A DNA stretch of 64,000 nt from a virus (Duplodnaviria > Caudoviricetes), in IMG/VR virus record IMGVR_UViG_3300012662_000009, positions 1 to 64,000 of that record; one strand, given 5' to 3'. Below, in pieces: positions 40,194-49,776 of the stretch. Position numbers and translations under genes: made by a program. Every line of letters starts with the position of its first letter. Position 1 is the first letter of the stretch. The notes beneath the pieces are model-generated. The model was not told the origin of the DNA. It searched no databases and saw only the letters and a list, made by a program, of their open reading frames with translations.

Positions 40194-42047
40194 TTAACCC
40201 AACAAATCTATATCACCGAATTTAGCTGCTTTGAAAACTTCACCATATTTTTTACCGAGGATTCTTAAACCTTCCATATAATTATGTTTTAAGGTATCTT
40301 CAATAGAAATATTCCATTGACTTAAGAACTTAGCATATAACTGTGTCTGTGTTTTGATAAAATCATCATAATCATCAGGACTTAAGGGAGATTTTTTGGC
40401 ATTACCTTCCTTAGCAACTCGTATCTTCTCACCCAGAGCCATAACAGTATCACGGTCATTATTCGATGTAAATACTCCCGCAAAGACTTCCTTAAATACA
40501 TCTAAGAAATATGCGCAAAGCGAAGAATTGTTCTGAGTGGTAATCCATGTACATGCGTTAGCAAATTCTTCAGTAGTAGGCAATGTATCACCATGAGCAG
40601 AACATAATAATTGTGAGAAAGGTATCTTGACTAAATCAAGATTCTTTTTATCAATCTTAAAAGACCCCTTTGTCCATATACCAGCAACAGCTGCATCAAA
40701 ATCGCCTATATTTCTAATAACCTCGAGAAATGCTATAAAAGAATCTACTGCAGAAGCAGGTACATAACTATTTAAGGTCATAGCTAAGATATCTGTGGGT
40801 ATATCAAATATTGTAAACCCCTCGAGATTACCGGTTTCTGAATACTCAGCAAGATCTCTCATGGCATTAGTCCAGGAGCGTGGCGTGCACATTAAACGGG
40901 TCGGAGCAACACTTTCCATGTCTTCATTAGGATCCATATAAAAGAACTTACCACCAGACATATTTTCTGATTCAGGCATTTCAAGCCATTTAGTAAGCAG
41001 CGGGGATATAAAGTTTTGTTTCTGGGCCCATGATGTCCAAGTTTTTACGCAAGGTTCATAATAAATATGTTTAAAGCGGTTTCCGAGAGCTGCGCCGATG
41101 TCAGACTGACCAGACATTTCGTCTTCCATACGGTTAGAAGCACATATAATAGTCCAACCAGAACCTAATTTATATCCATTGAAAATACCTTCATTTACAA
41201 GGGGAAGGACCACATTGAGTACCTGAGGAGTAGCACGAGATAACTCATCGACAAATAATAGACCTTTACCACAAGCCTTATCTAATTCAAGATCTTTGGA
41301 TGCATCACCAGTGGGTTTATATACAGGAAGCCATGTCTTAGGTACATCCATAGCTTTTTCTTGGCCATCTACTTCTACGTACTTAGGAAGTGTGAAGTTA
41401 TCAGGTGTTTCATTGGAGAGAGTCTTAACAACTAAGTTATAATCCTTAAAATCTTCATATTCATCAAGGACACTCATGAGAATAGCTGTTTTACCTATGC
41501 CAGGAGCTCCCCAGATCATAAGACGAGCTAATTTCTTATTGGTAAGAGCTAATTTAATATGCTTTTTAAGACCTTCATTATCAACTATAATATTATACTT
41601 AGCCTCAGGATCTTCTGTGTGCATCTTAACTTCGTTAATGGGTGTCTCAAAATTTTCTTCACATTCCTTAATCATTCTTTGCCAGTACTTAATAGAATTG
41701 CCAGACCCATAAAGTTTCTTAGCAGATTCAGGATTAGTACCCAGACCTACTATTTTCGAGCCTTCTTTATTCAGACATACAAGAGTACTTTCTTTGTTTA
41801 TAGCACCATCTTTATATGCTTGACCGGCAGTCAGGGGGGATATGGCATTCATAGGATCTCCTGCTTCATCTGTAGGAATGAAATATGACCCAAATTTGAC
41901 CACAATTCCTTTAAGATATGTGAAAACCTTCTTAAATTTTGCTTGGACATTTTTAAAGATATCTTTAAGCCCTTCGTTAATGTTCTCGGATTTAAGCATT
42001 TGAGAAATTGAAAGAGATTCATTAAAACATTCGGTAATATTTTTCAC
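40194..42047 (-). CDS. MoxR-type AAA+ ATPase with N-terminal extension
   Basis: WGAPGIGKT, LLFVDELSRA, CASNR, ALGNRF and TPRSW. Confidence 0.9.
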   Translation of the reverse strand: MKNITECFNESLSISQMLKSENINEGLKDIFKNVQAKFKKVFTYLKGIVVKFGSYFIPTDEAGDPMNAISPLTAGQAYKDGAINKESTLVCLNKEGSKIVGLGTNPESAKKLYGSGNSIKYWQRMIKECEENFETPINEVKMHTEDPEAKYNIIVDNEGLKKHIKLALTNKKLARLMIWGAPGIGKTAILMSVLDEYEDFKDYNLVVKTLSNETPDNFTLPKYVEVDGQEKAMDVPKTWLPVYKPTGDASKDLELDKACGKGLLFVDELSRATPQVLNVVLPLVNEGIFNGYKLGSGWTIICASNRMEDEMSGQSDIGAALGNRFKHIYYEPCVKTWTSWAQKQNFISPLLTKWLEMPESENMSGGKFFYMDPNEDMESVAPTRLMCTPRSWTNAMRDLAEYSETGNLEGFTIFDIPTDILAMTLNSYVPASAVDSFIAFLEVIRNIGDFDAAVAGIWTKGSFKIDKKNLDLVKIPFSQLLCSAHGDTLPTTEEFANACTWITTQNNSSLCAYFLDVFKEVFAGVFTSNNDRDTVMALGEKIRVAKEGNAKKSPLSPDDYDDFIKTQTQLYAKFLSQWNISIEDTLKHNYMEGLRILGKKYGEVFKAAKFGDIDLLG

Positions 42048-42136
42048 GTTATATAAATTTTTTTCTTTAATAATAATGCATTATAAGTATAATTCAAAAA
42101 GATATAGGTTATTTTAAGGATAAATATATAAAAAGA

Positions 42137-42685
42137 ATGACTATCATAGGCATTGACCCTTCTATTAATAGCACAGGCCTGTGTGTTAAAAAAGATAATA
42201 AAATAAAATACTATATAATACCTTCGAAGATGACAAAGAAAATGAAGGAATTTAATAATAAGTATATACAAATACTTCCTTATGAAAAATATGATATAAC
42301 AGGGCAAGAATATGTCGAAAAAGAATTTTCAAAGACCAATAATATATATAACATTTGTTTAATAATAGAATCCCTTATAAAAAAACATAAACCGGATATG
42401 ATTATTATGGAGGGTGTAGCGTATTCTTCTAATGGGTCAGTGGTTGATCTTGCGGGACTTAATTATTGTATCAGGATAACTTCTATGAAACATAACATAC
42501 CTTTTAAGATAGTTTCTCCTACTTCTGTTAAGAAATTTGCTGTGGCCAATGGACAGGCTACTAAAGATATTATTATAGACGCTTGGAAGAAATTAGATAA
42601 AAATATAAGAGATATTAGAGATATTAAAATAGATGATCTCGCGGATGCTTATTTTATAGCTAATTATCAAGACCTTGAAACATGA
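42137..42685 (+). CDS. RuvC-like Holliday junction resolvase
   Basis: IIGIDPS, IMEG, PTSVKKFA..G.A.K and DDLADAY. Confidence 0.85.
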   Translation: MTIIGIDPSINSTGLCVKKDNKIKYYIIPSKMTKKMKEFNNKYIQILPYEKYDITGQEYVEKEFSKTNNIYNICLIIESLIKKHKPDMIIMEGVAYSSNGSVVDLAGLNYCIRITSMKHNIPFKIVSPTSVKKFAVANGQATKDIIIDAWKKLDKNIRDIRDIKIDDLADAYFIANYQDLET

Positions 42686-42722
42686 TATAAAAAGATTATT
42701 TTTTAATTAAGAAATTAATCTA

Positions 42723-43598
42723 ATGGAACAAGTTTTACAATCGGTCATCGCCCAGTGGGGTGTCTTCGGAGTGGTTTTAGCAGCCGCCGGATATATTATA
42801 TATGATAATATCAAGAATAGTAGCAAAAAAACAAATATATCAAATAAATTAGAAAATATATCAGATGACTTGTTGAACCTCAAGACTGACCTTCCGACGG
42901 TACAATCCAAATTAGAATATGTTGAGAAGAAAATTTCTTTGATAAGCAACAATTTCGAAGATAAACTTAAGCTCCATGTAGATAATTTATCAACCCGTAT
43001 AGATGATCTTGAGGATAAAGTTAATGAACAGCCCAATAATATTATATCATCACTTAATAAGAGAGACAATGAAATAGTTAAAAAGCACAATGAACAGATG
43101 CTTTCAAGAATTACTTTGGCACCTAAGATATATAAATCTATGAATGATTATATTGATAGAATTGGGTGTAATCATATATTTATAGGGTTGTTTCATAACG
43201 GAACTTCTTCAATATCAGGTGTGCCTTTCTATAAATTTGATATAATAGCAGAAAAATTCGACCCCACCAAAATTAAACATGATGTAGAATTTGCTCATAT
43301 GTATAAAGACATAGATATATTACGTCATGGTAATTTACCTATAGAACTTGTACAGAATAATAGTTTGTATTATGTTATCGATGCTGATAAAAAATCTGAT
43401 TTAGAGGATATAGATGAAATTTTATATCACAGAATGTGTGGCAGAGATATAAAACAATTAGCTATACACCTCTTACGAGATGATAATGGTATTCCTTTAG
43501 GATTTGTGGGGTGCATAAAATATGATTATATAAATTTAGATTTACAGGAGCTCAAAAAATGCGCTAAAGAATTAGAAAATATTTATATTGATAATTGA
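42723..43598 (+). CDS. Membrane-anchored protein with GAF-like domain (possible holin T-like)
   Basis: N-terminal TM helix, coiled coil, FHNG motif and GIPLGFVG. Confidence 0.45.
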   Translation: MEQVLQSVIAQWGVFGVVLAAAGYIIYDNIKNSSKKTNISNKLENISDDLLNLKTDLPTVQSKLEYVEKKISLISNNFEDKLKLHVDNLSTRIDDLEDKVNEQPNNIISSLNKRDNEIVKKHNEQMLSRITLAPKIYKSMNDYIDRIGCNHIFIGLFHNGTSSISGVPFYKFDIIAEKFDPTKIKHDVEFAHMYKDIDILRHGNLPIELVQNNSLYYVIDADKKSDLEDIDEILYHRMCGRDIKQLAIHLLRDDNGIPLGFVGCIKYDYINLDLQELKKCAKELENIYIDN

Positions 43599-43623
43599 TA
43601 GTGTTATTATTAAAGAAAATATT

Positions 43624-43947
43624 ATGTACACTAAAAGCAAAATACAACAAGTTCTTGAATCTGTACAGGTTAAGAATAACCTTAAAGAAGGATTGAAGAA
43701 TCTTATGGATAAGTATAATATAGAAGATTCTGTATTTACAATTTATAATAACAATATTGTAGAGGTTACAAAGGGTTATTGTGTTCTTAAAGAAGAATTT
43801 AATAATCTTGATGAGGCTATTTCTAAAGGAAATATAATTCGAGTTATAAATAACTCTAAATTTTATGTCGTAGAACATTACAATAATCTTTCCGACTGTC
43901 CTAAAGAATCCCAAATATTTGATATAGAACAACTTAAATGTGTATAA
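43624..43947 (+). CDS. Hypothetical protein
   Basis: Coupled ORF; ATG at 43624. Confidence 0.5.
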   Translation: MYTKSKIQQVLESVQVKNNLKEGLKNLMDKYNIEDSVFTIYNNNIVEVTKGYCVLKEEFNNLDEAISKGNIIRVINNSKFYVVEHYNNLSDCPKESQIFDIEQLKCV

Positions 43948-44273
43948 TGATAGATTTGGATGCTTGCCTTAAAGAATCTGGTATAGTCAAAAAAGATATA
44001 TATATAAAAACTTTTGAAGAAACTGATCAAATAGCAAGAAAAGTTTCTAATGGGGAATTATATAATATAACTTTTGAGAAATCATCACTGAAATCGCGAT
44101 TCTTTATGATATTAAAAGAGCGTAGAAATGATCTATATATAATTAATTGTGATGCTAATAAATCTCGATTGAAGGAAGATATAGAAAATTCTTATGGTCT
44201 TATAATATATGATAATATAACTAAAGCACCCTACAAATCTTTATATTATTTAAATAAAACAACAATATGTTAA
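43938..44273 (+). CDS. Hypothetical protein
   Basis: Coupled ORF. Confidence 0.5.
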   Translation: MCIMIDLDACLKESGIVKKDIYIKTFEETDQIARKVSNGELYNITFEKSSLKSRFFMILKERRNDLYIINCDANKSRLKEDIENSYGLIIYDNITKAPYKSLYYLNKTTIC

Positions 44274-44581
44274 AATCGGCCCTACCAAAGTTGCAAGGGG
44301 ACATTGAAAAGATTCTTATAGATAGTTTATATGAAGCTCAGATGTCAGTTTTTAAGGCTAATGGATCAGAACCCGTTATAGATACTTATTGCAATACAAC
44401 ATTACAAGAATCTGCTATGAGTTATGCTAAGAAAGCAGCTGAGAAAGCTTCTCAACCTCTTGCAGAAGCTATATATAATTTTGTAATGGAAATAGGTATT
44501 TTAGCTGTGCCAAAATCATTAACTGCTCCGAATGGCCCCGTATCAGGTGTTATAAATATGGTTGATTTTAAGGTTTCTTGA
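44267..44581 (+). CDS. Hypothetical, possibly virion protein
   Basis: LAEAIYNFV...APNGPVSG. Confidence 0.5.
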   Translation: MLKSALPKLQGDIEKILIDSLYEAQMSVFKANGSEPVIDTYCNTTLQESAMSYAKKAAEKASQPLAEAIYNFVMEIGILAVPKSLTAPNGPVSGVINMVDFKVS

Positions 44582-44596
44582 AAAATATATTATACA

Positions 44597-45205
44597 ATGG
44601 AAGATAAAAAATGGGAAGATTATGATACTATTAAATGTCCTAATGGACAAATAATAGACATGCAGGCACTCTTAGCAGAGCAACAAAATGCTAAGGTGGC
44701 TCTCATAAGACTTATGCCATGGCTCGGTGGGTTCATAGGTCGTTTAAGATTTGTTTATACGTTCCGAGTTCAAACACAGGCAACTGATGGATATAATCTC
44801 TTTGTAAATCCTCAATTTACTTATAATCTAAATCTCTTACAAAAGACCTTTGTATTAGCTCATGAAGTTATGCATTGTTTATTAAATCACCTAAGACGAG
44901 CACAAGGTCGCGGAGACGATATGAACAGGGCTAATGTGGCAGCTGATTACGAAGCTAATATAACGCTTGCTGATGTCCCACCGTTCTCTGTAAGTATGAT
45001 TAAGGATATGCAAGCGCTTATAGATGAGAAATATCGTAAAATGTCTTATGAGGAAATTTATGATAAAGTGTCCAAAAGTAATGATTCTCAGCAAAATCAA
45101 CAAGGTGAAAAAGATGCTCAAAAGAACAATAGATACTCTTCTGATTATAAAGCTGGTTGGAATCAAGCTATGAAAGATTATAAAGAGGGTAAAATAAGTG
45201 TTTGA
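44597..45205 (+). CDS. Putative zincin metallopeptidase (DUF2201 N-terminal-like)
   Basis: TQATDG..NPQF, HEVMH (HExxH), NVAADYEAN and MSYEEIY. Confidence 0.85.
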   Translation: MEDKKWEDYDTIKCPNGQIIDMQALLAEQQNAKVALIRLMPWLGGFIGRLRFVYTFRVQTQATDGYNLFVNPQFTYNLNLLQKTFVLAHEVMHCLLNHLRRAQGRGDDMNRANVAADYEANITLADVPPFSVSMIKDMQALIDEKYRKMSYEEIYDKVSKSNDSQQNQQGEKDAQKNNRYSSDYKAGWNQAMKDYKEGKISV

Positions 45206-46269
45206 TTATGGACAAGAAAGAATATGATAAAGGATATAAAGAAGCCATAGAAGCTATTAAAGCTGCTCTTAAAGGTACTCCTAACAGCCAAGGTCAAGGA
45301 AAGCAATTAGACCCTGATATGGAAATGCCTCCGCAGCAACCTAATAACAATCAACAGAATCAACCGGGATCTTCAGGAGAATCTAAAAGTTCTTCTCAAG
45401 ATCAACAAGGATCCTCGACAAATTCTAAAAACCAAGGAGTTGTACAACCAGAAGATTGCATAGGTCCTGATCAACTCAATAAAGTCCCTGCTAAAGAAGG
45501 TGCTATGATTGATAAAGGTACTGGTGATAAAATAGCTGAGCAGGAAGGATATGCTAAAGAAGGTGGAGGTCAAGACGCTGTTGAAAGAGAATGGAAAGAT
45601 GCTGCTATAAAAGCTGCCTCAAAAATGAAAGGTGATGCTATGGGTAATCTTAAATCAAAAATTTTAGGTGCTTATAGGACATCTACCGACTGGAAAAAAG
45701 AATTGAGGACTATAGTAGGTCATTCAATATCCCCTGAAGACAAAAGGCAAGCGTATGCTAATAAAAATATTTTAATATCTCAAGATCGCATTGCCAGAAC
45801 TGATAAAGATAAATATGATAATGTGGATTATATCATGGTGTGGATAGACTCCTCAGGTTCTATGTCTGATGATCAATTAAGATTGTGTTTATCAGAAGTT
45901 TATACAATGGCTCTTAAGAAAAAACCCTTAAAAGTAATAACTGTACAGTGTGATACCAAGATCCAAGAAATCAAAGAATATAGAACTCTCAGGGAAATGC
46001 AAAGAGATTTCAAACAAGCAACTGTAAAAGGCCGTGGTGGTACAGAATTAAAACCTTGCTGGGATTTATTAAAAAATGATCCAAGATATAAAAGAATCAA
46101 ACCCGAGCTTGTAATGATCTTTACAGATGGCTATTTAGATCAATATAAGAGAGATCCCAGAAACATGAAGAATCTTTGTTGGGTTATTATTGATAATCCA
46201 GGATTTAATTTAGAATATAAAGATATGAACACTAAGGTAATTTATTTAAACTCTGAAGATGTAAAATAA
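45202..46269 (+). CDS. vWA domain protein (DUF2201 C-terminal-like)
   Basis: DWKKELR, MIDAS DSSGSM, CDT, GRGGT and FTDG; Q/S-rich linker. Confidence 0.85.
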   Translation: MIMDKKEYDKGYKEAIEAIKAALKGTPNSQGQGKQLDPDMEMPPQQPNNNQQNQPGSSGESKSSSQDQQGSSTNSKNQGVVQPEDCIGPDQLNKVPAKEGAMIDKGTGDKIAEQEGYAKEGGGQDAVEREWKDAAIKAASKMKGDAMGNLKSKILGAYRTSTDWKKELRTIVGHSISPEDKRQAYANKNILISQDRIARTDKDKYDNVDYIMVWIDSSGSMSDDQLRLCLSEVYTMALKKKPLKVITVQCDTKIQEIKEYRTLREMQRDFKQATVKGRGGTELKPCWDLLKNDPRYKRIKPELVMIFTDGYLDQYKRDPRNMKNLCWVIIDNPGFNLEYKDMNTKVIYLNSEDVK

Positions 46270-46276
46270 TATATAT

Positions 46277-46840
46277 ATGAAAAATCTGAAAAATTCAATC
46301 TTAGAATCCTTAAATAACAAAACGAGGAGAATCAATGAGAGTGTTAATAAAAACAGTATTTTAGGAAAGCTCGAGTCTGATATTAATAAAGCTGTTTATG
46401 ATGAATCCATAGATCCGGATGATGCGATGGATCAGATCAATACAACTATTTATAAATTACAAAAAGTCTTTGAGAAGATGCGTAGAAAGACTGAGAATGA
46501 TGCTGTTATTGAGAATATTTATAAACAAGACATCGCAAACGAAGATGATGTAAAATATTATAAAAGTATCACCGAAATGTTATTAGATGTCATGATAGAT
46601 AATATTGAGTTGATTGATATTGATCTTGAAGAGCCCTTTGACAATGCATTACAATTTTATTTATATGAAGATAAAGAATTTTTAGAATCAGCTGAATTAG
46701 AAAATTTATGTGATCTTGCCAGCGGTGATGAGATTCTTGGAAGCGGAGCTGAAAAAGGAGATTACCAAAAATATTTTATAAATGCATGGATGCACTTAAA
46801 TGACCTTTGTAAGATAGCTACCGGTAAAGCTCTTCGATAA
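46277..46840 (+). CDS. Hypothetical protein with CTS-like leader (MKNLKNSILE...RINE); paralogue of 35306
   Basis: Shared C-terminal motif with 35306. Confidence 0.75.
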   Translation: MKNLKNSILESLNNKTRRINESVNKNSILGKLESDINKAVYDESIDPDDAMDQINTTIYKLQKVFEKMRRKTENDAVIENIYKQDIANEDDVKYYKSITEMLLDVMIDNIELIDIDLEEPFDNALQFYLYEDKEFLESAELENLCDLASGDEILGSGAEKGDYQKYFINAWMHLNDLCKIATGKALR

Positions 46841-46843
46841 TAC

Positions 46844-46952
46844 ACTTTTTAAGCACATTTAGAAGCGATTTAACAGACTTTAATAGGCACCGATATAGAT
46901 TTATATATCTGAGCCTATTTTGTTGTGTTAGAGAGTAAATATAAGAGTCAAT
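46844..46952. repeat. Dispersed element, copy 2 (palindrome 46882-46919)
   Basis: AATAGGCACCGATATA-GATTTA-TATATCTGAGCCTATT with both flanks. Confidence 0.9.
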
Positions 46953-46964
46953 TCGTAAATAAAA

Positions 46965-46994
46965 AACCTAACTGCTTGAGAAAGTAGTTAGGTT
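46965..46994. terminator. Duplicated hairpin (second copy at 56670-56699)
   Basis: AACCTAACTGCTT-GAGA-AAGTAGTTAGGTT. Confidence 0.7.
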
Positions 46995-47083
46995 ATAATA
47001 ATAGATGATATACGTGATTGAAACTATCAGTTTCTGTTATGTTTTTATATATTAAATCATATAAGAATATTTAGTTTTTCCTA

Positions 47084-47800
47084 TTATAAAATATTATCTA
47101 ACACTAAAACCTTTTTCTCATTTAATTGAAGTGCGTAAACATTATTATTTCGCATCTTAGTCAGGACATCTCTATATTTATTTACGAATTTCTTGGTTCT
47201 TAACTTCCCATGTTCTTTCGATAATTTTTGACCTAAATCGTTGTAATATAAAGTAATCTGATTTTGATCACTATATTTAGAAAACTTAATTTCAGTTAAT
47301 TGATCAATGTCTTTTACTCCTATCAATACTTCTGTATTAACATTATAAGTAATATTTTTTATATTTTCAGAGTTAATATTGGTCCAGTTATTTAATATTA
47401 AATTTTGAGTCTTATTATTTTGAAACTCTGCTATTCTATTAAATTTGTCTAATGGAATATTTTTTATATCCTTTTGAGATATAACATCATAATAAATGCA
47501 CGTCATGGTCCCTGACGCGGTCAGGGTGTTCATGCATGATTTCTCGTCAAATTTTATAAAACTTGGAGGTTGTTTATAATATTCTATATGATCACAACCA
47601 TGAGATATTTGAAATGATACTATACCTTTATCATCTATAGATAATACTTCTTTAGTTGGAATAGGATAGTAATATAATCTTTTAATAAATTTAACATTCT
47701 CATCAAACCATTCTATGATTGCATCTGTAGGAGTTTTATCAAGTAAATCATCTTCAGAATCGAAAAGCGACTCGTTTATATATTCTTTTATATTTTTCAT
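47084..47800 (-). CDS. CTS-leader paralogue family member 4
   Basis: First 72 nt match 16708 with one mismatch; PPSFIKFDEKS and SQKDIKNIP motifs. Confidence 0.85.
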   Translation of the reverse strand: MKNIKEYINESLFDSEDDLLDKTPTDAIIEWFDENVKFIKRLYYYPIPTKEVLSIDDKGIVSFQISHGCDHIEYYKQPPSFIKFDEKSCMNTLTASGTMTCIYYDVISQKDIKNIPLDKFNRIAEFQNNKTQNLILNNWTNINSENIKNITYNVNTEVLIGVKDIDQLTEIKFSKYSDQNQITLYYNDLGQKLSKEHGKLRTKKFVNKYRDVLTKMRNNNVYALQLNEKKVLVLDNIL

Positions 47801-48045
47801 TATTTCTTAGATTTCTTTTCTTTCCATATACCAGTTATAGAAGTAACACCCAAAAGACATGCAGAGATTATTAATACAGTTTCTAATAAACTTTCTGTAA
47901 CTGAATTACCTCCCTCTTTTATGACAAGATATATAATACATGCTAATGCTATGAGCATAGATGACATGCCGGAAACTCTTTTAGCCGACACATCACCCAT
48001 GCCTGATAACATGTTTTTTATGAAATTTATAAGGTTCTTTTTCAT
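47800..48045 (-). CDS. Small two-TM membrane protein (possible holin)
   Basis: SAKR motif, two hydrophobic helices, basic C-terminus. Confidence 0.5.
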   Translation of the reverse strand: MKKNLINFIKNMLSGMGDVSAKRVSGMSSMLIALACIIYLVIKEGGNSVTESLLETVLIISACLLGVTSITGIWKEKKSKK

Positions 48046-49748
48046 ATTATATTAACTTTTTCCATTTCTTTAGTAAGAATATGGGCTTGATTAGGATGAA
48101 CTACATATCCGAGTTTTGAAAGTATGTCTCTGGTTAAGAGAAGATTAGTGGTCTTTTTATCTCTATGATTGACAATAGCCAGGGGAACTTTAACAGCTTT
48201 GCGTAAACCTAAGGTGAGCATAGGAATTTCTATAATAGGTCTTTTATAAGACTTATCACCAGCAATTGCATTCATATCACCTTTTTTATCAAATACTAAG
48301 GTCTTATCATCTATTTTAAAAGTAATTTTCTTACCATCATCTTTATAATCACCCACTTCGAGCGTTGAAGCCTTGGTTGAATTACCAGTATCGAGTTTAG
48401 CCAGGAATTGTTTTGAGACCTCACCAAAATCTAATGTAACAGATTCTATATAACCTGCTATTTTATCTTGTAACATAAATTCTGTAGGGTCATTAAGCTC
48501 ATTTAATAAAACATTGATAAAATTCACCCCTATAACTTCTGAAATACCTGCAGTACCAGGTGAAGCATTTATTTCAAGTACTACATTATCACCTATTTCT
48601 TTATTAGAACCTTTAACTAAAGGCATTATATCGACTGCACACCATGGAAGTTTTGATAATTTAGCTGTTTTAAGTGCTATTTGTTCTTGCTCATGAGTTA
48701 ATTTCACAGGTTCTGCAGAAGCACCTAAGGAAACATTAGAGCGGAAGTCTCCTCCAATCTTAACACGCTTCATGGCAGCTAATATAACTTGTTTTTCTCT
48801 AAGTGTTAAGACATGAACTCTTATATCACCACCATCAGCTTCTTCTTTCTTTTGTATTATAAGTCTTTGTTCAGGATTTACTGCAAAGACTAATTGAAGC
48901 CACGCATATAATCTTTTACCATCTATAACAGCTACTCCCGTACCACCATGACCATTAAGAATTTTTACAACACAATCAAAGTCTTTGTTTTTGTCAGGAT
49001 TTTTAATATCCCATTTAGGGAAAACATCATTCATAGCGTTTTTATAAGACTCCTCATCATAAAGTATTGATTTAGTCATTAATGTAAAACTGGGCTGTGG
49101 TATACCACCTTTCTGAAAAAGTATGGCTGAGTCATATTTATCACAAGCTAAGGCGGAATACTTAACCGGATTAAGGACTAAGAAACCTCGGTCTTGCAAG
49201 AGTTGTACTATATGTTCACATTGATCTTCTCCTTGAACTCCTAAACGAGAAAATATTAAGGTGTCTATATTAGATTCTTCCTTTATATAGATTTCTTCAT
49301 GATCATCCATAATTTTTATACCTGATTCATCTTCATCTGCTTCCATCTTAGCAGCTACAAAAACATGTATTTTAGGTATAATATCGCATTTAGCTTTTTT
49401 AAGGTTTTCTACAGCTTCATAAATATTTTTGAGTGTTTTATTACATTTTGGATCCCTATCATTTGTAAATACTACAATATGCTTAAAAATATTTGTAGGT
49501 GTAGATTTAAGATCGGAATATATAACATCATATTTATTGGAATTTTTAGCATCAGTTAATTCATCATTATCTTTGCTGATTTCTTCCACTTCTTGTTTAT
49601 CTTCTTTTATAAGATTTTTAGGCTTGAGACTATAATATTCCAAAAGTTCCTCAACAGAACCAAAATCTTTATAACTTTTCACTTCAACAGGTTTTCTTAT
49701 ATAATAATAGTTTATGTAGCCTACATAAAGATTATTACAACACCTCAT
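48042..49748 (-). CDS. RimK-like ATP-grasp ligase fused to a retropepsin-like protease
   Basis: ACDK, GHGGTGV, GDIRV, DFRSNVSLG, AVD and LEINASPG; C-terminal AKLDTGN...LLTRD; start moved to 49748 to avoid overlap. Confidence 0.85.
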   Translation of the reverse strand: MRCCNNLYVGYINYYYIRKPVEVKSYKDFGSVEELLEYYSLKPKNLIKEDKQEVEEISKDNDELTDAKNSNKYDVIYSDLKSTPTNIFKHIVVFTNDRDPKCNKTLKNIYEAVENLKKAKCDIIPKIHVFVAAKMEADEDESGIKIMDDHEEIYIKEESNIDTLIFSRLGVQGEDQCEHIVQLLQDRGFLVLNPVKYSALACDKYDSAILFQKGGIPQPSFTLMTKSILYDEESYKNAMNDVFPKWDIKNPDKNKDFDCVVKILNGHGGTGVAVIDGKRLYAWLQLVFAVNPEQRLIIQKKEEADGGDIRVHVLTLREKQVILAAMKRVKIGGDFRSNVSLGASAEPVKLTHEQEQIALKTAKLSKLPWCAVDIMPLVKGSNKEIGDNVVLEINASPGTAGISEVIGVNFINVLLNELNDPTEFMLQDKIAGYIESVTLDFGEVSKQFLAKLDTGNSTKASTLEVGDYKDDGKKITFKIDDKTLVFDKKGDMNAIAGDKSYKRPIIEIPMLTLGLRKAVKVPLAIVNHRDKKTTNLLLTRDILSKLGYVVHPNQAHILTKEMEKVNII

Positions 49749-49776
49749 ATTTTTATATAAATTACTTTTTGTAAAG

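Noticed and set aside
46953-47083. tRNA or structured ncRNA in the longer intergenic gaps
   Set aside because: No cloverleaf or T-loop (GTTC) signature found; only simple hairpins.
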